Part shown: positions 37,432 to 50,700 of the stretch, piece by piece
How positions within the stretch are numbered: position 1 is the first letter of the stretch
Layout: every line of letters starts with the position of its first letter
Assembly (NCBI GenBank): GCA_964016885.1
Contig: OZ024740.1
Coordinates: forward strand, 105,896,001-105,960,000
From: Eledone cirrhosa
Lineage: Eukaryota
Reading direction: 5' to 3'
DNA length: 64,000 bases
Made by a program: the position numbers and the translations under genes
Notes under the pieces: model-generated
Told to the model about the DNA's origin: nothing
Database searches by the model: none
What the model saw: the letters and a program-made list of their open reading frames with translations, nothing else

Positions 37432-38012
37432 ATATACCTACATATATGTACATCAATATACATACATACATACACACACACATATATATGTGTGTGAGTG
37501 TGTGCGTGTATGTGTGTGTGCGTATGTGTGTGGGTATATATATACGTATATACACCTGTGGGTATATACGTATATATATATCTGTGGGTGTGTGTATATA
37601 TATATATATATATACGTATACTCACCAAAAATGCGTGTAAGTATTCCACAAGGTATATGGAGATCATAATTAGTTTTTGACGAGGGGTGTTTTACCAAAG
37701 GTGCTCAACACATATACCTGAATCTTTGAACTATTTGAAAAGGATCCTAAGGTCTCTTGAGAGAAAGACTAGATGAAATGCGATATATATATATATACAC
37801 ACACATATATATATGTATGTATGTATGTATATATATAATCGCACATTCACAAAATTAACTACACAAATACTGAATATACACATATTACATCATCACAACC
37901 AAACACACGCCCAAAAACACCACCACAATACACCAACAAACCTAATTTGCAGCCCATACACAGCAATCTTCAAAATCATATAATAGAACCGGCGCATAGG
38001 TAAGCATTTCTA

Positions 38013-39260
38013 TGCAATTGCCATTTACCCGACAATTGCCCTCTACTAAACAGATGCCTTTATAAAAACGTAGTATACTTGTGTACTATCAACTCAGATA
38101 GCTTGGCATGGTACTACATTGGTTCCACAGCTGGTGTTTTCAAAAAACGGTGGTACGTGCACAGACATTCTATGATTAATGGGAATCAATCAAATACAAC
38201 AACTCTTGCAAATAAAATATGGCAACTCAAGAATGCAGGCACTAAATACGAGATCAGCTGGAAAATACTGTTAACAGCTAAGGCCTATCAAACTGGTATG
38301 TCCCATTGTAGGCTACGTAATATGGAGGTCTTCCAAATTCTTAATTTTAGAAAAACACTTCTTAACAGCAAAATTGAGCGAACTATCTTTTGCCGGCATA
38401 AATCACCAACGAAGTTCCTGAAGTTTAGACCAACCTAACTCCACTTTCTATTCCTTATTTCTTTTTTATACGTTTTTATACTTTTAGCGCCTATTAAGAT
38501 ATCGAATTATTACAAACTTCATAATTATGTAAGAATAACCTAAAAACATTTGTATTAACATCGCTATTTTTATTTTTATTTGTATTTACATCATTTATTC
38601 TCTTATATATATATACACCTCTCACCATTTGTCTTTGTATTTCTCCACTTAAACGTATTTCATCTCAATCATTTTACCCTATAATATAATACATCTCATA
38701 ATAGCTATTTTACGTAGTAATATATATTTGTCCGTATGTTTATCTTCTTTTCGCTCTTCTTCATATCCCCATATTCATGATTTATGTCTATCCCCCTCTG
38801 ATTCCTCATACCTCTTAATCTTCCTCTATTTCCTTCTCATCTTCCTTACTTATCCTTCCTCTTTGCCTATGCTATATCCCCTCCCTCTCTCTTTCTATAT
38901 ATATCTTTATTATTATTAATATTATATTTATTTTGATGTGATAGTTTGATTTCATAAATTTGCCGGTTATACATTTAACTATATCTTCGTTCCTTCTTTC
39001 GTCATTTTTTATCTTTCTCTCTTATTTCCATCTGTTCCCCTTCCTTTATTTATTTATTTATTTATTTATCATTAATACTATTATTGATGAAGTAATTTAA
39101 ATGTTTAAGTTTACCGTTACGCATATATTTTATATTTCTTAGTTGTCTCTAATGAAATGATTAGTTAGATGTATTGTAAATTGAGTTATACTGTCTCCAG
39201 TATTTAGCAATTTATAGACAATTCTATCATGGAAACAATTGTAAGACTGTAAATAAATAT
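38013..39260 (+). mobile_element. 5'-truncated Penelope-like element: GIY-YIG ORF, 3' region and hammerhead
   Basis: CNCHLPDNCPLLNRC..VVY..YIGSTA..FKKRWY.H..TTLANKIWQLK..CRH; hammerhead-like motif at 39145-39247. Confidence 0.8.
39145..39247 (+). ncRNA. Degenerate hammerhead ribozyme with long stem II
   Basis: gtct-CTAATGA-atga..tcat-GAAA-caattg-TA-agac; G5 changed to A. Confidence 0.55.
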
Positions 39261-39351
39261 CTTTGTTTGTGCTGTCAATCATGTTATTCTTCACTTTTTT
39301 TCATATATATATACTATATGTTTAGGTATATATATGTATATAATATATATT

Positions 39352-39400
<49 letters not shown>

Positions 39401-39469
39401 CTGTATGTATGTATATATACATATGTGTATGTATGTATATATATATAAATATATATATATATATACATG

Positions 39470-39516
<47 letters not shown>

Positions 39517-39547
39517 CTTAACTATCTGCATATATATATATATAACT

Positions 39548-39616
<69 letters not shown>

Positions 39617-39620
<4 letters not shown>

Positions 39621-42618
39621 CTTAACTATCTGTAACACTAACTTCAAAAAACGAGACAATCACTTGATCACCTATAGATCGGGAGAACACACAAGCCAGG
39701 TAGATTATATCCTTACCAGAAGACGTGACAGAGTGTCTGTTGTTAACACTAAATCCCTCCCCCATGAAGAATTCACCTCCCAACATAGACTGATAATTAG
39801 CGACCTCATAGTCAGGACAAGACGTACTAGACAGCGGAAGAGGACTATCCTCAGGAGAAAAATATGGAAGCTAAAGGACCCCATAGCCAGAAATAAATTT
39901 CAAAGCATATTACTTGACGCTTTCGACAGTAAGGAAGAGCAATTAGAGTCGTATAATATAGAGGAACAGTGGGAATTCCTGAGAGCAAACCTGCTGACGG
40001 CGGCAGACGATGTCTGTGGCTGGAGCAGGCCTGTAGGTAGGAGGAGAGTAACATGGTGGTGGAACAGTAAGGTGGAGGAGTCAATTAAGGCCAAAAAGCA
40101 GGCTTGGAAAGCATGGCGGGATGGGGGAAGTAGAGAAGACTATCAAGTGGCCAGGAGGGAAGCTAGGAGACAAGTGTACTTCGCAAGAAGGGAAGCAGAG
40201 GAAAGAAAGTTCAAGCATGTTCTACAACGTGAGGACCAAAAACGTGAGGCGTTCAGGATTGCCAGGCAATGTGTCAAGGAAAACCGTGATATTGTCGGGG
40301 AGAAGTATGTACTTAACGATGATGGCATACTTGCCATCACCGACGCTGATAAGAAGGTAGCTTGGAAGTGTCACTACGAAAGGCTTCTAAATGAGGAGAA
40401 CAAATGGGAGAAAGACAGTCTCCCCCACATCGACCCAATAGAGGGACCAGCAGTGTTAGTCCAGGGTAGTACAATAAGCAAGGCAATCAAAGATATGAAG
40501 ACGGGTAAGGCGGCTGGTCCTTCGGAAATAGTTGCTGAGATGCTGAAGGCATCTGGTTCGGTGGGACACACCATGGTCACCCGGATAGTTAACCAAGTCG
40601 TACAGAATGGGGTTGTTCCGAAGGACTGGCGTAGCAGCATCATCGTTAACTGCTATAAGGGAAAAGGAGATGCCCTAGATAGGAGTAACTATAGAGGCAT
40701 TAAATTAATCGACCAGGTCATGAAGGTCACGGAAAAAGTAATAGCGCAACTAATCAGAGAGAGAATTGATCTAGATGAAATGCAGTTCGGATTTGTGTCA
40801 GGCAAAAGTACCACAGACGCTCTTTTCATTGTACGACAACTACAGGAGAAGTACCTAGCTAAAAGTAAACCCCTATACTTAGCTTTCGTCGACTTGGAGA
40901 AAGCCTTCGACAGAGTCCCCTGTTCCATTATCTGGTGGTCTCTTAGAAAACTAGGTGTTGACGAATGGCTTGTGAGAGCTATACAAGCCATGTATAAAGA
41001 AACAGTCAGTAAGGTTAGAATTAACAACGAATATAGTGAAGAGTTTAGCGTAAAAGTTGGTGTCCATCAGGGCTCTGTTCTTAGCCCCCTACTATTTATT
41101 ATTGCCCTTCAGGCTATAACAGAGGAGTTCAAGACCGGCTGCCCATGGGAACTCCTATACGCAGATGATCTAACGCTCATAGCTGAATCAATGACCGAAC
41201 TAGAGAAGAAATTCCAAACATGGAAGCACGGCCTAGAATCAAAAGGCCTTAAAATTAACCTGGTTAAGACTAAAGTTCTAGTTTGTAGGAAAGAAAATAA
41301 GGCGGCAGTCCCATCTGGGAAATGGCCATGCTCAGTGTGTAGGAAAGGCGTAGGTAGAAACTCCATTTTATGTCCCAAATGCAAAGTATGGGTGCATAAA
41401 AGATGTAGTGGGATCACAGGTAAGCTAACTAAGAACATAGATTTTACATGTGGCCGGTGCTCTGGTGCAATAAGTAGCAGCAAGTGCCCACAAATACTAG
41501 CTCCCTCAACTGCGCAGAGGGTTCTATAGAAATAGTGGACAGCTTCCGTTACCTGGGTGACAAAATCAGCAGTGGGGGAGGGTGCTCTGAAAGTACAGTA
41601 GCTAGAGTCAGAACTGGATGGAAAAAGTTCAGAGAGCTTATACCACTATTAGCCGCTAGAGGGTTCTCCCTAAAAATGAAAGGCAGGTTATACGATGCCT
41701 GCATACGAACAGCAATGCTGCATGGCAGTGAGACCTGGGCATTGTGTGCAGAGGATATACGCAGACTAGAGAGGAACGAAGCTTGCATGCTCCGCTGGAT
41801 GTGCAATAGTAATATACGTGAACGGCAAAGCATAAACGAACTAAGGAAAAAATTAGAAATAAGAGGGATCAGATGTTGTTTACTCGAGAGAAGGCTACGT
41901 TGGTACGGTCACGTGATGCGCATGAAAGACGACAGCTGTATAACAAAGTGCAGGGCAATAAAGATAGACGGTAGCCACGGAGTAGGCAGACCCAGAAAAA
42001 CATGGAACGAGCTGATAAATTCCGACCTCACACGCTTACACCTCTCCAAGACAATGTCACTGGACCGAGACCTTTGGCGGTACTCAGTAATAGAGAAGAC
42101 CCGCCTTACCTAAATACAAAGTAAAAACCTACTACAGTCAGTAGGCATCTCTATCACCCCCCCCCCCCCCGTCCCACCACCTCCACCCCATCCACACCGC
42201 CCCTTTCAATGTAAAGTTATGTTGGTCCCACAACATCCAGGCCGAAACAAATGAGATCGTGTAGGTGTCACGACAAAAAAACACACAGTCCACGCTGTAA
42301 ATGTGGCCGTGTAGGCAACACGGTAAAAACCTCCCAGCCCCACACTGTAAATGTGGTTGGTGTTAGGAAGGGCATCCAGCTGTAGAAAACCCGCCAGACA
42401 GTCCACGCTGTAATGTGGCCGTGTAGGCAACACGGTAAAAACCTCCCAGCCCCACACTGTAAATGTGGTTGATGTTAGGAAGGGCATCCAACTGTAGAAA
42501 ACCCGCCAGACAGTCCTATGCGAGCAAGACAACCACTCTTGCCTCAAGTGGGAAAACCCCCGTCCAAACCCATGCAAGCGTGGAACACGGACGCTAAACC
42601 TGATGATGATGATGATGA
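39617..42618 (+). mobile_element. RTE-clade LINE, 5'-truncated within APE, one frameshift, (GAT)n tail
   Basis: ORF 39664-41529 (SQVDYIL, SQHR, NYRGI, DLEKAFD, GVHQGS, YADD) plus 41484-42113 (YLG, LRWYGH, GRPRKTW); ~113-bp tandem duplication in the 3'UTR at 42285-42516. Confidence 0.92.
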
Positions 42619-43399
42619 TATATAATTCACAAGAATCAAAGCTATGTTCAAAGCATTCATTCACTTACAATTGTTTCATCCAAACTTAGGCTTGGTGTCT
42701 TCGGAGCAGTTTTCAATGTTTGTACACATAATTGACCTCCTTTCCAACGCAAGAGACATACAGATACATATATATATATTGATGTACAGTGGAGTGACAT
42801 ATATTATACTATATTATTTCTGTATAGCAATTCAAATTCAAAAGCAAAATAAAAATAAAAATAAAAATAAAAACAAAATTAAAACAAAATTAAAATACAT
42901 TCGGCAGTTAACACAGATAATGCAAGATGATAGTTTGTTAGTCAGATGTAGTAGTTAGTGTATGCGTTAGTTACACGTGGGGCATGCAAGTGTGTCTCAT
43001 TTATATATGATTATTGTGTGGCAGGGTGTTACATGTAATACAAACACTTTAAGCGGGTAAGTAAGAGTATTATGGTGGTTGTAGTGGTAAGGTATTTTTT
43101 GTATATAATAAAAAAGTATGTGTGCAGAAAAATAAAAATAAAAAGGAGAAGCAAGAAGCAAAAGAAAGTTATGGTTTTCGTATCCACCACCATTTTCACA
43201 TCAGGAAAATAATACATTGTTTTTACATCCATCACATAAGTAACGATGATTCCATATTGGATGTTTGATGCATTAAATTAAATTATTTTAGCTTATTGCG
43301 GCTCAGTGTTATTTAATCCAAATTAATATAATAGGTTGATTCTGCTGCGAGAATTTACAGCGGTTTATTATCCGGAAGTATGTGTTTAGTTAAGGGGAT

Positions 43400-46300
43400 T
43401 TAATGCGTGGCAAACGGTCTGCCACAAAAAACAAATAACAAAAAAACCCTTAGATTCACCCTCCAAAAGCGAAGGCATACAAAGAGGGGTAAAGGCAGCA
43501 AGGAAACTTGCAGCAACACCACCACCATCACCACCACAAGCACCACTGACAACAACAACGACACCACCACTAGCATCACCAAAAACACCAACAACGCAAA
43601 CACAACAAGACACACACACCAAACAGCAACAAGAAGAAAACAGCAACAAAATCACCCCTCCCCCCCAAAAGTACACAGCCATAAACATGGCAAAAAAAGA
43701 ACTCATACAATATATAATGCAGCACACAGACATCACAGAAAAAAACTACTATACCCCACCAACACCAAGAATTCTCCCGACAAACATAAGCATCATCGAA
43801 ATCTCAATAGAACAGTACAAACCTTTAAAACAAAAATTCACCAACGCAGTTGGAGACTTCACAGGGTCGGTTACCAAGAGGATATACACTGACATCCTCT
43901 TGGAAACACCCATGACCAGCGAAAGGGATGGTTCTACTGTTCCTTCACCACACCAACAAGGTAAGTGACTCTTTCTCACTTGCCCCGTTTCTCATCCAAC
44001 ATGGCCGTACTCAGAATAGGTAGTATAAATGCACGTGGCCTGGGGTCATCTTGGAAGCAGGGTCACCTGCTCAACGACCTCAGGTCACTAAACATAGATG
44101 TGGTGGCCATCAGTGAAACCAGAATCTCCGAAGCACAAGCCTTTGCACCGATCTTCGGCGGCTACGATGTATACGCTTCTCCCAGCCGTCCAGGATCGGG
44201 GGGAGGGGTCAACGTTCTTTTTCGGAGAGGCTTGATCTCGCCATCTTCCTAGACCCAGAAGGTAAGTCGGTGGGGATGGACGTGACCTGCAGCGAAGGCA
44301 ATGCTTTCAGGCTAGTAGCCGTCTACGCCCCAACGGGGGCAGGACGGCCAGATTTCTTCAGACGTCTAGAGACCTTTCTTGGAACGTCCCGCTCTTTAGT
44401 GTTAGTGGGCGACTGGAACGGTATATTGGATGCACGCTGGGATCGTGTGTGGCTAGTGGATAGGGGAGGAGGGTGCAAGAGCCTCACCAACCTGCTCAGA
44501 GGTTTTGAATTGTCTGACAGGCATCGACTGGATCACCCGAATGTGCCAATGTGGACATGGACAAACCGCATCGGGTCATCCAGATCGTATCTCGATAGGG
44601 TATTCTGCAGAGAACTAGATAAGGCTAGTATAAGTTGTCCACAATTTAAAATAGTCGACTACACAGACCACAAATTTGTGATCTGTGAGATCGACATAGA
44701 CAGACTTCATAGACAAGGGCCCGGTTACTGGAAGCTGAACGCGTCTTTTCCAGCGCGCAAAGGCTACAGAGACCGTATTAGCGTATTAGTTAAGCGGGCA
44801 TTGACGGGAGCGATCGTCAACAACAGGTGGTGATTCGCCCTGAAAAGGGCAATTAAAGTAGAGTCGATTAGGTTTAGCAAAGGAGTAGTGATAGAGGAAA
44901 ATAGAGTAGAGGGAGAGCTAGTCAGAAAGCTAGTAGAGGCGTTTAGGACAGGCATCGCAACTGACGTACTTGCGGCGAGATTGGCACTCGACCAATTCTT
45001 CAACGCAAAACACGAAGGCTGCGTTGTCAGAGCTACAGTGCGTGCTCTGAAATACGAGGGGACAAAAGCCGTCCAATGGGCCCGGGTGGCAGAGGCGCGA
45101 TGTGGCAACAAATCCACAATTCGGTCTTTGTCTGACCAAAACGGGTGCGTGATGCTCGAACCCGAGCGGATGTGTGAAGCTTTTCAGCAGCACTTTGCTG
45201 AACTGTTCGGGAGCGGCGGTGGCCCGGATAGGGGCATGGACTTCAGTGCATACCTCGACGGACTGCCTCGGCTCTCGACGACCGCAGCACAGTGTTGCGA
45301 AAAGCCAATAACAGCCGGTGAAATACGGGAAGCGATGGCTAACTGCAAAAGGGGGAAATCGCCAGGTTTGGATGGTCTGCTCTACGAGCTTTATGCATTT
45401 ATGCCAGACTTTTTCAGTGACATCTTGGCAGACGTCTACTGCAACTGGCAGCAGAACGGGAGCATTCCCTGTTTTGTGAGTCGGGGAGCAGTGGCGCTGC
45501 TGAGAAAAGACCCGAACAAGGGGGATGTTATCGATAATTTCAGGTCCATAACCCTGCTAAACGCGGAGTTCAAGATTTTGGCAAAGATGTTAGCAACGAG
45601 GTTGGCGCTTGTCGTCAAGGGTCTGGTGGGAGAGGCGCAGACATGCGCCATTCCGGACAGATCCATACACGACAACCTCCACCTCATGCAATACATCATA
45701 GAGAGGGTGGTTAAGGAACCCGGCAAGGGTGGGGCCCTGATCAACTTGGATCAATCCAAAGCATTCGATAGGGTCGACCATCGGTATCTGGCGGCGGTCC
45801 TCGAGGCAGCCGGTTTCGGGCCCGTTTTCAGGCGTTGGATCGCAGCAATGTACAGCGACATTGGCTCAGTTGTGAGAGTGAACGGTCACCTGTCACAGCC
45901 GTTCAGCATCATGCGCTCAGTCCGCCAGGGTTGTTCCCCCTCGTCCCTCTTGTACGTATTGGCTCTCGAGCCGTTACTGCACAAACTGGGGGCGATGAGG
46001 GGCGTCCCACGCGAACTAGGATGCGGGAAATCCGAGTCGGCTTACGCTAACGACGTCACCGTGGTGGTGTCGAGCACCAGACACGTCCAGATGCTCGGCA
46101 CCGTTCTGAAGGAATACGAAGCGGTGACAGGAGCAAAGATAAACCAGGAAAAGTCGGTGGGCTTGCAGCTAGGCACCTGGAGAGGCAAGTTCATGTCGTC
46201 CGACAGCGTCGTGGGGATTTGGACGGACGGACCGGTTAAATTGTTCGGGGTCTGGTTCGGACCGGACCTCCAGATGGAGAAAAACTGGAACGTGGTGACG

Positions 46301-47698
46301 AGCAGAGTGGCCTCCCTCACCCAGAAATGGGCTGAGAGGAAGCTGTCCCTGAAAGGCCGGGCGGAAGTGGCGAATGCGTACATCGCATCCGTCATCTGAT
46401 ACCGCCTCACCGTCGTCCCTTGCTCCAACCCAACTCGCACCAAAATGGAGCGCCTCCTCTTCCGCTTTTTGTGGAAGGGACGCGCTCCCATGGTCAGACG
46501 ATCCATCTGCTGTCAACACCCGTTGCGTGGAGGACTGGGCATGCCATGGCTGATGATACGCAAACATGCGCTGAGGCTGCGACATCTCTGGTGCTTCCTT
46601 GATGGCGAACGGGTGTGGTCGCCGTTCGCCAGGCACATTGCCACAGCTCGTCTCCTTGACGGAGCTGCAGTCCTGGGTCAGAAAAAGACCGAGGGATAGC
46701 GCTTGGAAACTGGAATGTCTCCAGGCGCTCACTGCCCTCTCCCCGTTGGGCACCAGTATCGGTGGAACATCCACCTCGGCGTTCTATAGAGGACTAGTGG
46801 AGGGGAAGAGCGACGACATTCTAGGAAAGTCCTGGGCGTCGAAGAAGATCAGCTGTTTGCTCTCTTCTGAGAACTTTCAGCCCGGGGTCTATGGATAACT
46901 TCCAAAAATCCCTGGCCTGGCAGTGCTACCGGGGAGCGCTGCCGGTTCGAGATAAGCTCTACAGGCACGGAAGTGTCGTCAGCCGAGTCTGTCCGAGATG
47001 CGCGCATAGCGACGAAACCGCTGTGCACGCACTCGTTCAGTGCCCGAGCATTGCTGACTTGTAGAGCTATGTCGAACAGTTGCTGTCGCGTGTGGGACTG
47101 ATTCGGTTGTCGACTGAGTCCATTGTGCAGATGGTCTCGCCGTCTTCCTTCGAGGAGGAAGGGCAGGTGGTTTTCATCTGCCTGGTGGCCATGGCGAAAG
47201 AGATTGTGTGGTGGACAAGGTTAAAAGGATTAAAGATAAACACTTTCCTCTTCGGCGAATCCCTAATTAACTTTTTCAAGTTTCACTTGAAGAGGAAAAT
47301 CAGGGTGGAGAGGCAAGTGTTGCTTTCTAGCAAGTTTGTTGAAAGGTGGGTGAATGTAGCGAGAATGGCCCGAGTGAACGGGCCCACTCTGAATATACGT
47401 CTGTAGTTTGAGAGATGGAATCATTGAGAGAGGGCGCTTGCCCTGGTAGTCAGGGTGGCCGTGGTCTTTTGTGTGGTTTTCGCCACGAGTAACCCTCGGA
47501 GGTTTCCCTCCTATAGGGGAATTTTTCATTGTTTCAATTTTCATTTTATTGTTTATATATATATACGTTTTGTGTTTTTTTTTTTCTTTTCTTATATAAA
47601 TAATAAAAAATATTTACACGCACAAAACCCACATCGTACCGTCCTGTTCCGTCTGTGATGTTTTTTCTTGATGTCAGCCCTTGTGAACAATAAAGAAA

Positions 47699-47700
<2 letters not shown>
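43400..47700 (+). mobile_element. Tx1/L1-clade LINE family B, 5'-truncated within ORF1
   Basis: ORF1 end 43687-43968; APE 44000-44833; RT 44888-46399; C-terminus to 47406; (ATT)n tail. Confidence 0.93.

Positions 47701-47757
<57 letters not shown>
47701..47757 (+). repeat. (ATT)n microsatellite between two Tx1 copies
   Basis: Direct read. Confidence 0.97.
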
Positions 47758-50700
47758 GGTGACCTACGTAGTAAATCGTATCATCGTGAGCTCCGCAAAG
47801 GTTTGTTGTTTCCGTTTGTTAAAAATTGCCATTTATTGAAAATTTTATAGTTAACTGTATATAAGCGCACATACATTGTTTTCCGAAAAGGACACCCAAA
47901 AAGATTGGGGCCTTGTGCCCAAAATTTAAACATTTATAATTATAAAAAAAAAATTTCTTTGAAAAAAAAACATGGAAATCTCACAGCCACACGAAGCTGA
48001 CAGCCTTCCTCATAAACTAACACCTCACACCGACACCACCATTGTAAATATTACTACGTTTGCCAACACAAAAAATTTAAGCAGTAGCAATATTTAAATT
48101 TGTCTCAGGCAGACATTCATTTCCCGCCATTACCAATGACTGCAGGTGTTAAAGCCGCCACCACCACCACCACGACAACAGAAACAAAATAAAAAAATAA
48201 ATTAACTCGTGATGTCGAAATGAATTCAACCAAAATGGACTCTTCCACACCGAACACCACTGACGTCACCACGACCACAACTGAAACTAAAATTAATAAT
48301 AACAAAAATAACAATAACAACAACAGCAACAATGACATTAAAAAAACCACCCTGAGTTTTGCCAGAGTAGCAAAACAGTGCGAAGCATTTCAGGTAACTC
48401 AGGAGGAATTAGAAAATGCCCCCCAAATGGTAAAGAAAGATGGGTACAGGGTCAGCCTCAGCCCCCACCTAATAAAATGGAGCATCGGCGCCTATGCACC
48501 GTGTCGTATCGAACAATTAATGTAAAATCGCGCCGAGTGGAACGGGCATCCGAGTCCCAAATCCAAAAAGCTTTGGGACATGTGTGGGCAAGAAAAACCC
48601 ACATCAGACGTGGGCAGAAGTATGGAACCGTGGACGTGTTCTTTGAAACACCAGAGGAGGCTAGAGAATACTCTATGGCCCCATTAAGAAGTGACGACTT
48701 CACACTCGTCCCAAGCTATTGTGGCCAGAGACATCGAAATTCCCTGGCTAATAGCGGCCGTCCTCGCCGGCATCGAAGCCAACACCAAGATAATAGCAAT
48801 AGCAAAAGAAAAGCAGGAGAACTGGTCCGGATCTGGGATGGAGCTCCTGATCCAAGCGGACCAAAAATGCATTGAGGAGATCCCAGAGGTAATAGACCTC
48901 ACTGACGGCAGCCACCTCACCGTAATTGTCGAGGGAAGAAGGCCTAGGTGTGTCGTTTGTCGTGAAGGAACCCACCTAAGGGCTTTCTGCCCTCAGGCTA
49001 AAAGGTTGAAGCCACCTCTCCTACCCACCCCAGTGACTCAACCATCAACACCACCAGTAGCAGAGATGGCAGCAACAACTGTAGCAGCAACAATAGAAGC
49101 AACTATAACAGCAACAACCCCAGCAACAGTAGCAAAATCAACACCACCACCACCCAACGCTTCAGAACTAGCACCAGCGCCTACACCATCCACTACGCCA
49201 CAACGAAAACTAACGGCTGGGGAGGATTTTCCATTCCCCGGCCTATCACAACTGGAGACAGATTGTGACGACGAGGAGTGGGAAACGGTATCAGGAAAAA
49301 AGAAGAAAAGAAACCAAAAAAGAAAAAATTCTCTTCCTTCCCACTCCAAAAACAAAATACAGAGGGAAACAAATAAATTAACAAAGAAAAAAGTTAGGAC
49401 AGATATGCCACCATCCACACCAGCATCACCATCCCCATCACCCCAAACACCAACACCACCACCATCATTAACCCCAACACTACCATCACCTACACCACAA
49501 AAGTCACCAAAATGCGAAACAGAAACAAACCCACATCAAACGCAAACAAAACAAGACAACCAAAACGATACACACTACACAGCATTAAATTTGAACAACA
49601 ACCAATTATTAGACTACATCCAACACAACACCAGCATCACAGAAAAAGACTACACAACAACCCCAAAATTCACACCACTTCCACACATACAAATCACTCG
49701 CATCACACAGAAAACGTACATGACACTAAAACAAAAATTCCCCAAAGACATCGGAGACTTCGGACAAGCACTCTCCAGGAGGATTTATAAGGACATCCTT
49801 CCTGAGGAGGCCACAAGCAGTGAAAATGATGGAAAAACCGTCCTTCCTCTACGAGAAGTAAGGTAAGTGGTCTTTCCCATCTTTTCCACTCCATTTCAAC
49901 ATGACCTCACTCAGAATAGGCAGCATAAATGCGCGTGGCTTGGGGTCGTCGTGGAAGCAGGGCCACCTGCTCAACGACCTCAGGTCACTAAACATAGATG
50001 TAGTGGCCATCAGCGAGACCAGAATCTCCGAAGCACGGGCCTTCCCACCGATCTTCGGCGGCTACGATGTGTACGCATCTCCCACCCGTCCGGGATCGGG
50101 GGTGGAGTTGCTGTGCTTTTTCGTAGATGTTTGGATCTTGCCATACGGGCCATCTTCCTGGACCCAGAAGGTAAGTTGGTGGTGCTGGACGTGACCAGCC
50201 GAGACGGGAAAGCTTTCAGGTTAGTGACCGTCTATGCCCCTACAGGAACAGGGCGGCCTGATTTCTTCCGGCGTCTGGAGACCTTTCTTGGAACGTCCCG
50301 CTCTTTAGTGTTAGTGGGCGACTGGAACGGGATGCACGCTAGGATTGTGTGAGATTAGTGGATAGGGAGGAGGGTGTAAGAGTCTCACCAACCTGCGCAG
50401 GCGTTTCGAACTGTCTGACAGGTACTGATTGGATTTCCCGAATGTACCAATGTGGACTTGGACAAATCGCATAGGGACATCCAGATCATATCTAGATAGA
50501 GTATTTTGTAGGGAAATAGATAGGTCTAGCTTAGGCTGTCCACAATTCAAGATAGTCAGCTACACGGACCACAAATTCGTGATCTGTGTGCTTGACTTAG
50601 ATAGGCTTCATAGACGAGGACCCGGCTACTGGAAGCTAAACGCGTCCTTACCAGCGCGCAAGGCCTACAGAGACCGGATTAGCGAACTAGTTAAGCGGAC

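Noticed and set aside
33030-37700. Many long ORFs rich in YI/CV/HT repeats (also 39267-39531 and 58592-60440)
   Set aside because: These are translations of (TA)n/(CA)n microsatellites, not genes
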